Origin: Candidatus Sericytochromatia bacterium
GTDB lineage: Bacteria > Cyanobacteriota > Sericytochromatia > S15B-MN24 > JAQBPE01
Direction of reading: 5' to 3'
Assembly (NCBI GenBank): GCA_040400605.1
Contig: JBBAPZ010000009.1
Span: forward strand, 66,607-117,168
Length of the DNA: 50,562 bases
Shown here: positions 37,611 through 47,649 of the stretch, one piece after another
Layout: the number at the start of each line of letters is the position of its first letter
Numbering within the stretch: position 1 is the first letter of the stretch
Translations under genes and position numbers: made by a program
Notes under the pieces: generated by a model
Database searches by the model: none
The model's input: the letters and a program-made list of their open reading frames with translations, nothing else
Told to the model about the DNA's origin: nothing

Positions 37611-38693
37611 CTATCCAATGGTGGCTACCTCAAAGTGGGCATAAGGAAAGCGGTCCTGTGCGCGCAGGCGTTCAGCCAGGGCACGATCGCCCATGAGCCC
37701 CGCCACCTTTGGTAACGGTCGCGGCATCAAGGTGTTCCAGTAACACAAACGCGCACCATCTGCGGCACGGGACTTTAGCTGTTTCAACGATTCAATCCGT
37801 TGAGCCTCATCCACCCAGTCGTGCAGATTGGACAGGTTGAACGCCTGAAAGTATCCAATCGGGTAATCCTGCAAAACGCTGTCTAACGTGCCTTCCACCA
37901 GTATCACGCGGGAAGTGCGGGCCTGAACGATCGCATGGCCCGCCTCACTCAGGTATGGCGGCAGCACGCCAGGATACCGCCCGAGAAGAATCAAGGACAA
38001 AAAGTAATTCTCAGACATGGCTAACTCGACGAACTGGTGCCGTACCCGTTGCAAGATGGCGCGCCCAAAATTTTCAGTATCCACGAACGCAAAATGACTG
38101 CGATCCTTCGCCCGGCTCATAATGGCCCGGTGAAAGAAAACTTCGAAGCACCAACGCCAGCCGCGGGTATTCCAGATTTGTTCGTAGTAGGTGGCCTGAG
38201 CGCTGATGGCATCCAGATCAAACCAGGCTTCTGTGGCTGCGCGGCCCTTCAACAGGCGTACTAGGGATCCAAAGCGCATCAAGTAGCGATCCGTGCGTCC
38301 CCAACGATACAAGCCGGTTTTGAAGCGTTGGGGTTGGTTGTCCCAGTGGGCGCGATCAGCCACATCCAGTTCTGAACGCAACACCTGATACAGCGCCAAG
38401 CGGTTCGAACAGACTGTCACACCGATAAAAGCCAGCAACTGTTCATAATTCAGACATTGGATCGCAGCCAGTTTTAGTCTGATCAGACGCAACTGGTGCG
38501 GATTGAAATCAACCGCCACCACTTCTGCCGGATCATCAAGCAGCAAGGCAAGCGCGTTGCAGCCCCCAGAGGCGATCGAAAGAACACGATCGCCTCGTTG
38601 GACTCGCAAAGCCTGACGCAGGACTGCGGGGTCCTCCCAGCAAGACGCATAGCCGATGTCCTGAAAAAACGGGCGATCGACCAGTCTGTTCAC
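37611..38693 (-). CDS. DUF3419 / BtaA-like SAM-dependent 3-amino-3-carboxypropyl transferase
   Basis: YASCWEDP, LSIASGGCNAL, AVDFNPHQ, ENYF, PPYL, LSNLHDW. Confidence 0.85.
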   Translation of the reverse strand: MNRLVDRPFFQDIGYASCWEDPAVLRQALRVQRGDRVLSIASGGCNALALLLDDPAEVVAVDFNPHQLRLIRLKLAAIQCLNYEQLLAFIGVTVCSNRLALYQVLRSELDVADRAHWDNQPQRFKTGLYRWGRTDRYLMRFGSLVRLLKGRAATEAWFDLDAISAQATYYEQIWNTRGWRWCFEVFFHRAIMSRAKDRSHFAFVDTENFGRAILQRVRHQFVELAMSENYFLSLILLGRYPGVLPPYLSEAGHAIVQARTSRVILVEGTLDSVLQDYPIGYFQAFNLSNLHDWVDEAQRIESLKQLKSRAADGARLCYWNTLMPRPLPKVAGLMGDRALAERLRAQDRFPYAHFEVATIG

Positions 38694-39260
38694 TCAAACA
38701 TTCCCTTCCTGCGAATTTTCGCTACCCACGCGTATCACTAATCAGATACCCAACACCTGCCCTATCATACGGGGGCTTGAAACTGACGGGCAATCACTGC
38801 AACTTTTCAGTAACACTTTGCACCCCTTGGACATCCGCGTGGCAAACGATCGATTTCGTGTTTCAGTGTCTGGATGTCAGAACAACCATTGACCACCCAT
38901 TACAACACGATAAAGCCATCGATTGATTGGTATCCCGTTTATGGCTGTGACTAAGTTTCACGGTATGCTTTTCGAAGTTTTAGCATTGGCTGCACACGTT
39001 TGGACAAAAACCTGCGCGTGACCTTGTACTCATTAACGCATTGGTATCTGTTCAAAACCTAAATGACAAACTCAAAGTATCAGGCTCTGACTCGCTGTTT
39101 TTGAACCACCACGAAAATTTGATCACCAAGCCACCCGTTTCTGTATCGTCAACGCGTTGGCAATCACGGACAGTATTGAATTCTTGGATAGGCTGCGATA
39201 CAAACGACATTGACGAGGCAATCAGACAATCCGATGAATCGGTCCGCGAATGGAAAAAAA

Positions 39261-41543
39261 ATGCGAAAAACCGCCATACTGGCTGCCAAACTGGGTGCGT
39301 GGGGGCATTGGGTCGTGACACATCATCGTGCGGTGCTGGTTGTCTGGTTATTGATCCTGTTTGCGACCGGTTGGACGGCCCGTGATCTGGTGCCACGTTT
39401 ACAAGGCGGATCCGGACAAATCACTGGCTCCGGTTCAGCAGGCGTTGAAAACCGTCTCGCAGAGGGCTTTGACTCGCCGTATGCGCAGAGCCTTGTGTGG
39501 GTGATTCGTACACCCACCGCCACCATTGATACCCCGGGCTTTCGCAAATGGGTTCAGGATTTGGCATCCACGATGAAAGAGACGCCGCATGTCCGGGCGA
39601 CCTTGGGTTGGGATGACCCCGGGGGTGAACGGTTGCGTGCCGATGATGGGCGTGGCGGCCTGTTACTGGTCGGGCTTGGTCCCGTACCCACCAAAACTGC
39701 GGAACAAATGGTGCCCATTTTGCGAATGCGCGCCGCCACGTTGCGTGCCGAATGGCTCAAGCAAAATCCTGGAGCCGAACTGTGGCTCACCGGTCGTGGT
39801 GCGCTAACGGCGGATCTGAACCGCTTTAACACGGAGGATTCGACCCGTGCTGAAATGCGCAGCCTACCGTTGACGGCCCTTGTACTGGTGTTGGCCTTTG
39901 GTTCCGTCGTGGCGGCCGGCTTGCCTGTCGGCAGTGGTGCACTGGCAGTTGTTGCAGCCTCCGCGTTGATGGTGCCTGTGACCCGCTGGATGGAATTGTC
40001 CACTTTGGCGCAGACAGTCGGTGCGATGCTTGGCCTCGCTCTCGGGATTGATTATGCGTTGCTCATCGTGCAGCGTTTTCGTGAAGCGCTGGCAGACGGG
40101 GATACGGTGTCCGACGCGGTTGCGCGGACGCTGTCGACGGCGGGTGTCGCCGTTTTGATCTCAGGCCTCACGGTTGCCATCGGCCTGTTGGGCCTGGCGG
40201 TCACCCCGATGCTGGACACCCGCTCCATGGGCATCGGCGGGATGTGCGTGACATTGACTTCGCTGCTGGTCAGTTTGACTTTGCTCCCAGCGCTGCTGGC
40301 CCTGTTTGGGACCCGTCTCAATGGGGCGCGTGGGCAGGCCCATCGACGCGCCCAGTCACTCACCGGACATTTCGAGCGCATCATCATCCGTGTGGTGTCC
40401 AAGCCTGCACTGGCAGTTGTTGGCGCAAGCATCATCGCGGGTCTGCTGGTCGCGCCCGTCTTCACATTGAAACCCGGTTTCCCCGATCGCCAGTGGCTAC
40501 CCGAAACAATGGAATACCGGCGAGGATTTGAAGCGATGCAAAAAATGGGCAAGGGTAGTCTAGTCGCGCCGATCGATGTCTTGCTCACCGCACCGGACGC
40601 TGCCTTGGCTCCCAAGCACCTGCCGGCGTTGCTGGCATTTGCCAAGCACCTGCGCAGCGATTCCCGTGTCACGACGGTGATCGGTTCCCCTGATTTTGGC
40701 AAGACCCTCCCACGCGCACAAATGATGATGTTTCTCGCCAATCCAGAGGCGGCCTTGCAACGGTTTCCGGAACTGGCCGCACACTTCGTGAGCCGCGATC
40801 GCCACACCCTGTACTGGCAAGTCCTGCTGCGTGATTCAACCTCGTTTGAGGAGGCCAAGACGTTCACCCGCGAATGGGAGAAACTCCCGCCACCAGGCTT
40901 CACCATCGCCGTCGGCGGACAAGCCGCCTTTTACCGTGACTATGACGATTTCACACCACAGACCGTCAAGCTGACCCTCTGCATCGTGTTGATCGGCACC
41001 CTGGTCTCCCTCAGCATCATCTTTCGCTCCTATTTAATCCCACTCAAAGCGATACTCCTCAACAGCCTGTCCGTCCTCGCAGGTCTGGGCGTCGTCGTAC
41101 TGGTATTCCAACACGGCATCGGCGGCACGCTGGTGGGCCTTGACGCACCGTTAGGGAGCACGCCTGTCCCCATCATTCTGAGCCTCTTTTGCCTCATGTT
41201 CGGCCTGAGCATGGACTACGAGATTTTTATCATCACGCGCATCAAAGAACACTATGACGCAGGCAGCAGCAACCGCGACGCAACCATCCAGGGCCTTAGT
41301 ACCACCGCTGGCGTCGTCACCAGCGCAGGCGCCATCATGCTCTGCGTCTTCGGAGCCTTCACTTTCGCCGAATACGCCGCCATCCAAATGCTCGGACTTG
41401 GACTCGCCGTCGCCATCGCCGTCGATGCCATCCTCATCCGACTCGTACTCCTCCCGGCCACCATGGTCCTGCTCGGCGACTGGAACTGGTACCCAGGCAA
41501 CCGTCCAGACGTAGACGCGAGAGCGATCGCCCGAATTCAATGA
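39261..41543 (+). CDS. MMPL family (RND) lipid transporter
   Basis: GLALGIDYALLIVQRFREAL, SGLTV, FGLSMDYEIFIITRIKE, TSAGAIM, WNWYP. ORF is open from 39210; start uncertain. Confidence 0.92.
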   Translation: MRKTAILAAKLGAWGHWVVTHHRAVLVVWLLILFATGWTARDLVPRLQGGSGQITGSGSAGVENRLAEGFDSPYAQSLVWVIRTPTATIDTPGFRKWVQDLASTMKETPHVRATLGWDDPGGERLRADDGRGGLLLVGLGPVPTKTAEQMVPILRMRAATLRAEWLKQNPGAELWLTGRGALTADLNRFNTEDSTRAEMRSLPLTALVLVLAFGSVVAAGLPVGSGALAVVAASALMVPVTRWMELSTLAQTVGAMLGLALGIDYALLIVQRFREALADGDTVSDAVARTLSTAGVAVLISGLTVAIGLLGLAVTPMLDTRSMGIGGMCVTLTSLLVSLTLLPALLALFGTRLNGARGQAHRRAQSLTGHFERIIIRVVSKPALAVVGASIIAGLLVAPVFTLKPGFPDRQWLPETMEYRRGFEAMQKMGKGSLVAPIDVLLTAPDAALAPKHLPALLAFAKHLRSDSRVTTVIGSPDFGKTLPRAQMMMFLANPEAALQRFPELAAHFVSRDRHTLYWQVLLRDSTSFEEAKTFTREWEKLPPPGFTIAVGGQAAFYRDYDDFTPQTVKLTLCIVLIGTLVSLSIIFRSYLIPLKAILLNSLSVLAGLGVVVLVFQHGIGGTLVGLDAPLGSTPVPIILSLFCLMFGLSMDYEIFIITRIKEHYDAGSSNRDATIQGLSTTAGVVTSAGAIMLCVFGAFTFAEYAAIQMLGLGLAVAIAVDAILIRLVLLPATMVLLGDWNWYPGNRPDVDARAIARIQ

Positions 41544-41560
41544 ATTAACACAAAATTAAC

Positions 41561-41588
41561 GAAAGCAAATCTCGGGTGTCGCCGACAA
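41561..41588 (+). promoter_or_regulatory. Sigma28-like promoter candidate
   Basis: GAAAGCAA-N12-GCCGACAA. Confidence 0.4.
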
Positions 41589-41633
41589 GACGTTAGCGAT
41601 ATCTTCAGAGCCGGGGCTAAAGGGAAACAAGCC

Positions 41634-42026
41634 GTGCCAATACAAAACACCTTCGTGTCAAGCGCAGTGCAAGCAACGCATGGCATCGCCCCCCGTGTTG
41701 AGCGCGATCAGACCGAGACCGACAGCGTGGCGACCTTTGGTCGGGATGCGCGCGTGACAGCACCCAAGAGAGACACCCATGCGACCAGTCAGCCAAGCGG
41801 GCTGTGGCAGACGTTTCGCGCAAAGACAGCACCATTTAGACAATGGGCGAACACAACGAAATCAGGCTTACGATTCCAGGCAGCAATTGTCGCTAGTATT
41901 GGCGTGTTTTTCGCGGTTTTCTCCCGCGGGTTGACGCGCACCGCGCTTGTGGCTTTTTTTGCATATACTGCTGGTAAAGGCTTGCAGGAGAGCAAGCAGT
42001 CATCTCCTAACGCAGCCAATGTCTAA
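41634..42026 (+). CDS. Small hypothetical protein, polar N-terminus with C-terminal hydrophobic helices
   Basis: 130-aa ORF filling the gap between convergent genes; AAGGGA upstream. Confidence 0.55.
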   Translation: MPIQNTFVSSAVQATHGIAPRVERDQTETDSVATFGRDARVTAPKRDTHATSQPSGLWQTFRAKTAPFRQWANTTKSGLRFQAAIVASIGVFFAVFSRGLTRTALVAFFAYTAGKGLQESKQSSPNAANV

Positions 42027-42042
42027 TCTCCGGCCTCGAGTC

Positions 42043-43101
42043 TCAGAGAGTTACCCGTTGCCCGATGTTGGGCCTCACCTGTTCAAGCAAAGCGCTTATA
42101 ACGGCCTTGAAATCACCTGCCACCGCATAATCGGCCAGCTCCATCAAGGCGGTGTCCGGGCGCGTGTTGATGGCCACGATCACGCGGCTCTGGCGCATGG
42201 CATCGAGGTGTGACACGGAGCCCGACACCCCCACCCCGATGTACAGGTCCGGCGCGATGACCGTCCGGCGCGTTGAGACTTCCAGCGACTCATCGAGCAG
42301 GCCTGCGTCAATCACGCTGCGTGTCCCGCCCAGGCTCGCATCGATCGCCTCCGAAAAGCGCCGCACGAGTGCCACGCCTTCCGCATCGGCCACGCCCTTT
42401 CCGACCACGACCACCCGGCTGGCACGATCGAGCGGCACGCTCACCGGTAGGGCCTCATTGCCCACTACACGCACCCGCAAGGGGCCGGCAGCGAGATCCA
42501 CTTTTTCAACGTCGCCCATTCGCCAGGAATCAGGCACCGCCTCCGCAAACACGTTGGGGCACACCGTCGCCAGTTGTGGCCGCTGGTGCGGGATGACGAC
42601 ATCTGCTAGCGATCGCCCCCCAAAAGACGCCCGCGTCACAATGAGCCGCCGCTCCGATTCATCTAGGTCGAGCCCGCTGGCCTGAGCGACGATTCCGGTT
42701 TCAAGGCCGTCGGCCAGTCGCCCCATCCATTCACTCCCGAGGGGCGTCGCACCCGCCAGCACGATTTCAGGCCGGCGTTGCTTCACCCACTCAACCAAAG
42801 GTGCAAGCAGCGCATCAGCGAGTTGAGCAGTGAAATCCGGACCTTCAAACCAGTAAACCTGATCAGCGCCAAGGGCGATCAACTGCTGCGCATCTGATTC
42901 ATCCCCGCCAAACAAGACCGCTTCAAGGCGCACCCCGAGGCGATCGGCCAGTTCACGCCCGCGGCCCAGCATCTGCCGGGTAACGCGCGTGAAACCACCC
43001 GCCGCGCGTTCTGCGAGCACCCATATGTGGCGATAATCAGCCTGGGCTTCCGACGCACCCGCATCACTGCCCAGCAAAAACGCCAGATCATCGAGATCCA
43101 T
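42043..43101 (-). CDS. etfA: Electron transfer flavoprotein alpha subunit
   Basis: IWVLAE, GAD, RPEIVLAGAT, RPQLATV, PDLYIGVGVSG, IVAIN. Confidence 0.9.
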   Translation of the reverse strand: MDLDDLAFLLGSDAGASEAQADYRHIWVLAERAAGGFTRVTRQMLGRGRELADRLGVRLEAVLFGGDESDAQQLIALGADQVYWFEGPDFTAQLADALLAPLVEWVKQRRPEIVLAGATPLGSEWMGRLADGLETGIVAQASGLDLDESERRLIVTRASFGGRSLADVVIPHQRPQLATVCPNVFAEAVPDSWRMGDVEKVDLAAGPLRVRVVGNEALPVSVPLDRASRVVVVGKGVADAEGVALVRRFSEAIDASLGGTRSVIDAGLLDESLEVSTRRTVIAPDLYIGVGVSGSVSHLDAMRQSRVIVAINTRPDTALMELADYAVAGDFKAVISALLEQVRPNIGQRVTL

Positions 43102-43285
43102 CCCGCACCCCCTCCATCTTGCCTGTCACCACCTAACGCACAAACTCCTGATCTATCGTGTCGAGGCGTGTTTGAGTGTGTTTCCCGACAGCAATTGCCA
43201 CACCCCTCTCATCGCGATCGCTTTGGGCATTCAAGACCGGGACTGACCATTCAACATCGCATCATCCTGCATACGCCGAAAGTGG

Positions 43286-44077
43286 CTACACCTCGACCAA
43301 CTGCTTGGCACGCAATCTGGCCAGCAACGCTTGCGCAAGATTCCCCGCCTCTCCTTGCAACAACTCGCCCCGTTCACGCTTCTCTGGCTTGTAACTGCGC
43401 TGCACCACCGTCGCCGATGCATCGCCGCCCGCTTCGTCGCTGGTCAACCCAAGATCAGCGAGTGACCAGACCGTCAAAGGCTTCTTTGCCGCCTTCATGA
43501 CCCCCATCGCGTTCGGAATCCTCGGCTTGGCCGCATCCAGTGACACCGACAGCACCGCGGGACACGTGGCAATCACCCGCTCGCGCACACCTGTTGCATT
43601 GCGCAGGGCGTGCAGTTCCGTGCCAGCAAGCGTCGCCTCCACCACGTTCCCCACCAGCGGGTAGCCTAGGCGCTGGGCCATACGGGCGGGCACAAGCCCC
43701 GTGCCGCCATCCGCGCTCTGCTCACCAAGCAGGATGAGCCCAAGGGCCTCAAAGCGTCCCAGGGCCGCCGCAAGAACGCGGGTAGTGACGCCAGTGTCGG
43801 CGCCTGTCAAAGCAGGGTCAGTGACCAGATAGGCCTCGTCGCACCCGACTGCCAGGGCCTGACGCAAGGCAGCATCGGCCGCTGCAGGGCCCATCGCGAG
43901 TGCGATCACGCGCGCCTGAGTGGCCGCCTTGAGCGCAAGCGCCACTTCGAGCGCATGGCGATCGCCCAGGTTCACCACTCCCTTGGACTCCTCCCGCCGC
44001 ACACGCCCTGTATCGCGGTCAAGGCCCACCATGACGCTCTCTGGCACCTGCTTGATACACACCACAATGTCCATCAC
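43286..44077 (-). CDS. etfB: Electron transfer flavoprotein beta subunit
   Basis: IVVCIKQVP, ALEVAL, AMGP, GADT, GEQSADGGTG, PRIPN. Confidence 0.93.
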   Translation of the reverse strand: MMDIVVCIKQVPESVMVGLDRDTGRVRREESKGVVNLGDRHALEVALALKAATQARVIALAMGPAAADAALRQALAVGCDEAYLVTDPALTGADTGVTTRVLAAALGRFEALGLILLGEQSADGGTGLVPARMAQRLGYPLVGNVVEATLAGTELHALRNATGVRERVIATCPAVLSVSLDAAKPRIPNAMGVMKAAKKPLTVWSLADLGLTSDEAGGDASATVVQRSYKPEKRERGELLQGEAGNLAQALLARLRAKQLVEV

Positions 44078-44224
44078 GGCCCTCCACCCTCATAAACGGT
44101 GCGATCGCCCACGCGGTCATCAATTCACGATTCCACCAGGGACTTTAAAACCACCGTTTTGCCACCTCAAACAAATAAAGGCCGCGCGCCAGCCAGCCCC
44201 AGCGCAAGTGCCATACAAAAATCA

Positions 44225-44257
44225 GCGCGCCCGCGACCATGGCGGAAACGGGCGCGC
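44225..44257 (-). terminator. Probable intrinsic terminator/attenuator after the acyl-CoA dehydrogenase gene
   Basis: 9-bp stem GCGCGCCCG / CGGGCGCGC, followed on the minus strand by TGATTTTT; 8 nt past the stop codon. Confidence 0.55.
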
Positions 44258-44264
44258 GTAAGAC

Positions 44265-45446
44265 CTACACGCGAGCCAGTTCCTTTTTCTTGTCTTTGAG
44301 CAACTCGCGAGCAATGACGACCTTCTGGATCTCATTGGTGCCCTCGAAAATTTCAAAGATGCGTGCGTCACGGAACATGCGCTCGATCGGCAACTCGGAG
44401 CTGTAGCCCATGCCGCCGTGAATCTGCAGCGACTTGTTGATGACCCAACTTGACGCCTCCGTGCAATACAGTTTGATCATCGAACCGGGCACCGTGATGG
44501 ATTCCCCTTGATCCATCAACCAGGCCGCATGGTAAACCATCTGCTCCATCGCATAAATGCGCGTCGCCATTTCCGCCAGGTAAAACTGGATCGCCTGAAA
44601 CTCCGCGATGGGCTTCTTGAACTGCTGCCGTTGCAAAGAATGATTCACCGCCATCTCATAAGCTTCCTTGGCTGCTCCCAACGCGGCGGCTCCCAAAAAC
44701 AGGCGACCCTTGTCCAAGATTTTCATCGCCGTCACGAAACCATGCCCAACCTTGCCCAGCACGTTTGCGTGGGGCACGCGCACGTTCTCGAAGGTCACTG
44801 TCGTGGTACCGGAGCCTGCCAAGCCCATCTTGTGCTCTTTGGGACCCGAAATCACACCCGGCCCGCGCTCAACCAAAAATGCCGTCACACCACCGTGCGC
44901 ACCCAGTGCCGGATCCGTCACAGCAAACACCGTCATCAAATCCGCAATGTCCCCGTTGGTGATCCAGATTTTCTCACCGTTCAGAATCCAGTCATCCCCA
45001 TCACGCACCGCCCGCGTCTTGATGGCCGCCGCATCCGAACCGGCATTGGGCTCCGTCAAGGCAAAACACCCCACCATCTCAAGCGATGCCAACTTCGGAC
45101 AGTACTTCGTTTTCTGTTCCTGTGTCCCATCAAGCACCAAACCGTAAGTTCCGATGCCGCCGTGCGCACCCAACACGACACTGGTTGACGCACAGGCACG
45201 GGTGATTTCTTCAGCCAGTATCACGAAAGACACGCCATCCGCACCCGCACCACCGTATTCTTCGGGAATGGCCATTCCCATGAAACCCATCTCCGCCATC
45301 TTGTCGAGCAGCGATCGCTCAATTTTGGCATTCTTGTCGTGCTTGTTCGCCACCGGCCGAATCTCGGCGTTGACAAATTCCCGCGCCGCCTCGCGGAACA
45401 TGACATGCTCTTCTTTGATGTACGGATTCTTGAAGTCAATGCTCAT
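44265..45446 (-). CDS. Acyl-CoA dehydrogenase
   Basis: FALTEPNAGSD, NGEKIWITN, QIHGGMGY, IFEGTNEIQ. Confidence 0.96.
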   Translation of the reverse strand: MSIDFKNPYIKEEHVMFREAAREFVNAEIRPVANKHDKNAKIERSLLDKMAEMGFMGMAIPEEYGGAGADGVSFVILAEEITRACASTSVVLGAHGGIGTYGLVLDGTQEQKTKYCPKLASLEMVGCFALTEPNAGSDAAAIKTRAVRDGDDWILNGEKIWITNGDIADLMTVFAVTDPALGAHGGVTAFLVERGPGVISGPKEHKMGLAGSGTTTVTFENVRVPHANVLGKVGHGFVTAMKILDKGRLFLGAAALGAAKEAYEMAVNHSLQRQQFKKPIAEFQAIQFYLAEMATRIYAMEQMVYHAAWLMDQGESITVPGSMIKLYCTEASSWVINKSLQIHGGMGYSSELPIERMFRDARIFEIFEGTNEIQKVVIARELLKDKKKELARV

Positions 45447-45470
45447 TTCAACCCTCCTCTGCTTCCAAGC

Positions 45471-46265
45471 CTAGCGGTCACTAAAATTCGGACGGCGCTT
45501 TTCCTTGAACGCTGCGACGCCTTCTTTTTTGTCCTGTGTCTCCGCGACACGACCAAACAACTGCGCTTCGCGATCCAAACTGTCTGCCAAATCGTGCGAA
45601 CGACCATATGCCAACGCTTCCATGATCGCACCAATTGCTTGTGCACCAAAGCCGGTTATCTTCTTGGCCAGTCCCAGTGATTGCTTCACTACGTCCGATT
45701 CCGGCACGACCTTGTTCACAAGCCCGATGCGGAACGCCTCTTGCGCCGTGATGTTATCCGCGGTCAACAATAACTCCGTCGCTTTGGCCCAACCAACAAT
45801 ACGCGGCAAACGCTGCGTCCCACCGAAGCCCGGGATGATGCCCAAATTGATTTCCGGCTGGCCCAGCTTCGCGCGATCGCTCGCGATGCGAATGTGACAG
45901 GCCATGGCCAATTCCAGGCCCCCCCCCAAAGCGACACCATTGATAGCTGCAATCACTGGCTTGGTGAGCGATTCAATCTTGTCAAAGACAGCCTGACCAC
46001 CCTTGACCAGCCGAACCGCCTCGTCGGCGTTCTGAATCGCGGCAATTTCGTTAATGTCCGCACCCGCCACGAAGGCCATGCCGTTGCCAGTGATGATCAC
46101 CGCCTTCACGCGTTCATCCGCCGCCACCTCGTCAATAACCGCGCTCAACTCATTCATGGTGGCTGTATTGAGCGCATTCACCGGTGCGTGATCGATGGTC
46201 ACGATCGCGACCCGATCCTCCAGACGCCACTTCACATACTGTTGGGTTGCCGTTGACATCGTCAT
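45471..46265 (-). CDS. Enoyl-CoA hydratase (crotonase family)
   Basis: FVAGADI, ALGGGLELAMAC, GQPEINLG, GGTQRLPR. Confidence 0.95.
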   Translation of the reverse strand: MTMSTATQQYVKWRLEDRVAIVTIDHAPVNALNTATMNELSAVIDEVAADERVKAVIITGNGMAFVAGADINEIAAIQNADEAVRLVKGGQAVFDKIESLTKPVIAAINGVALGGGLELAMACHIRIASDRAKLGQPEINLGIIPGFGGTQRLPRIVGWAKATELLLTADNITAQEAFRIGLVNKVVPESDVVKQSLGLAKKITGFGAQAIGAIMEALAYGRSHDLADSLDREAQLFGRVAETQDKKEGVAAFKEKRRPNFSDR

Positions 46266-46370
46266 ATTCTCCTTCTCTGGTCACCCGTTCAAACACCAAA
46301 ACACATGTCAAACCCGTGTGGCGAGACAGGCTACACACCTGGCAGGGCCGGCCTAACCCCAAACCCAGTG

Positions 46371-47612
46371 CTACACCGTCTCAAGTGAAGCCGCATACTC
46401 CTTAAAGCCCTTGCCGGTTTTCACACCCAGATGACCCGCCCGGACCTTACGCTTGATCAGGGGCGCCGGTCGGAAGCGCTCACCCAGCACGCGGTGCAGT
46501 CCTTCGAGTTTTGCCAGCACCACGTCAAGGCCCATCTCATCCGCAATCTGCAAGGGCCCCTTCGGCCCACTGGTATCCGCCATCCCGGCACCCGCCATCA
46601 TCGCGATATCAATGTCGTTGGGCGACGCCACCTTTTCTTGCAAGGCATAGGCCGCTTCGTTGATCATCGGCAACAACAGCCGATCAAAACTGAACGGCGT
46701 GCCAGTAATGCCGGTCTCGGCCTGCACCGCAGCAATCTGCTCCGCCACGAAGGTCTCAGACGCATCGTTGTAAACATAAAAACCCGCCCCGTTCTTCTTG
46801 CCGAAGCGCCTGGCCTCAAACAACCGCTCAAGCAAAGTTGCCGGCGCCATCCGCAAGCCATACTCCTCATACAGCACATGCTGCACTTCGCGACAGATAT
46901 CCACACCCAGCATGTCCGCCAGGAAAAACGGCCCCATGGGCATACCCGCGGCCGTCACCGCCGCATCAATCACTTCCATCGACGCCGCACCCTCTTGCGC
47001 CGCATAAACAGCCTCATTGAAAAACGGCATCAGCAAGCGATTGACCAAAAAGCCCGCACATTCCTCCACCCGGATGGGCAATTTGCGCAACGATGTCGTG
47101 AAATCCATAACATCGTTGATGATATCCTCCGACGTTTCAAGGCCCGGGATCACCTCCACCAGCTTCATCACAGGCGCCGGATTAAAAAAGTGCATCCCGA
47201 TGACCTTGTCCGGCCGACCTGTCGAAGCCGCTAACTCCGAAATGGACAACGCGGATGTGTTGGAAGCCAAAATGCACGAACTGGGCGTTACCTTGTCCAA
47301 CTCGGCAAAGACCGCTTTTTTCACATCCATCCGCTCCGTAACCGCCTCGATGACCAGATCGACATCGTCGAAATCGTCGTAGGTTGTCGTTCCGGTGATC
47401 AGCGCCATCTTCTGGTCCATCTCGTGTTGGGTCATCTTGCCCTTTTTAACCCGCGACGCATACACCTCACGCGCCGCCTCAATGCCCTTATCCACAGCGT
47501 CTTGCGAAATATCCTTGATAATGACCGGCAAACCCGAATGCGACACCACCTGCGCGATGCCACCCCCCATGGTGCCCCCACCAATCACGGCCGCCTTATA
47601 GATATAAGCCAC
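46371..47612 (-). CDS. 3-hydroxyacyl-CoA dehydrogenase with duplicated C-terminal domain
   Basis: GGGTMGGGIA, IEAVTE, SNTS, GMHFFNPA, GFLVNR; two copies of the INEA...GP...AD..G segment. SD GAGGAGG before GTG 47612. Confidence 0.94.
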   Translation of the reverse strand: MAYIYKAAVIGGGTMGGGIAQVVSHSGLPVIIKDISQDAVDKGIEAAREVYASRVKKGKMTQHEMDQKMALITGTTTYDDFDDVDLVIEAVTERMDVKKAVFAELDKVTPSSCILASNTSALSISELAASTGRPDKVIGMHFFNPAPVMKLVEVIPGLETSEDIINDVMDFTTSLRKLPIRVEECAGFLVNRLLMPFFNEAVYAAQEGAASMEVIDAAVTAAGMPMGPFFLADMLGVDICREVQHVLYEEYGLRMAPATLLERLFEARRFGKKNGAGFYVYNDASETFVAEQIAAVQAETGITGTPFSFDRLLLPMINEAAYALQEKVASPNDIDIAMMAGAGMADTSGPKGPLQIADEMGLDVVLAKLEGLHRVLGERFRPAPLIKRKVRAGHLGVKTGKGFKEYAASLETV

Positions 47613-47649
47613 GCGCAACCCTCCTCTTCATTCCAACACAACCAAGGCA

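Noticed and set aside
38694..39260. Two overlapping 114-aa ORFs or a riboswitch between the btaA-like and MMPL genes
   Set aside because: The ORFs overlap the MMPL start and have no motifs; no riboswitch consensus was recognised. Treated as a divergent promoter region.
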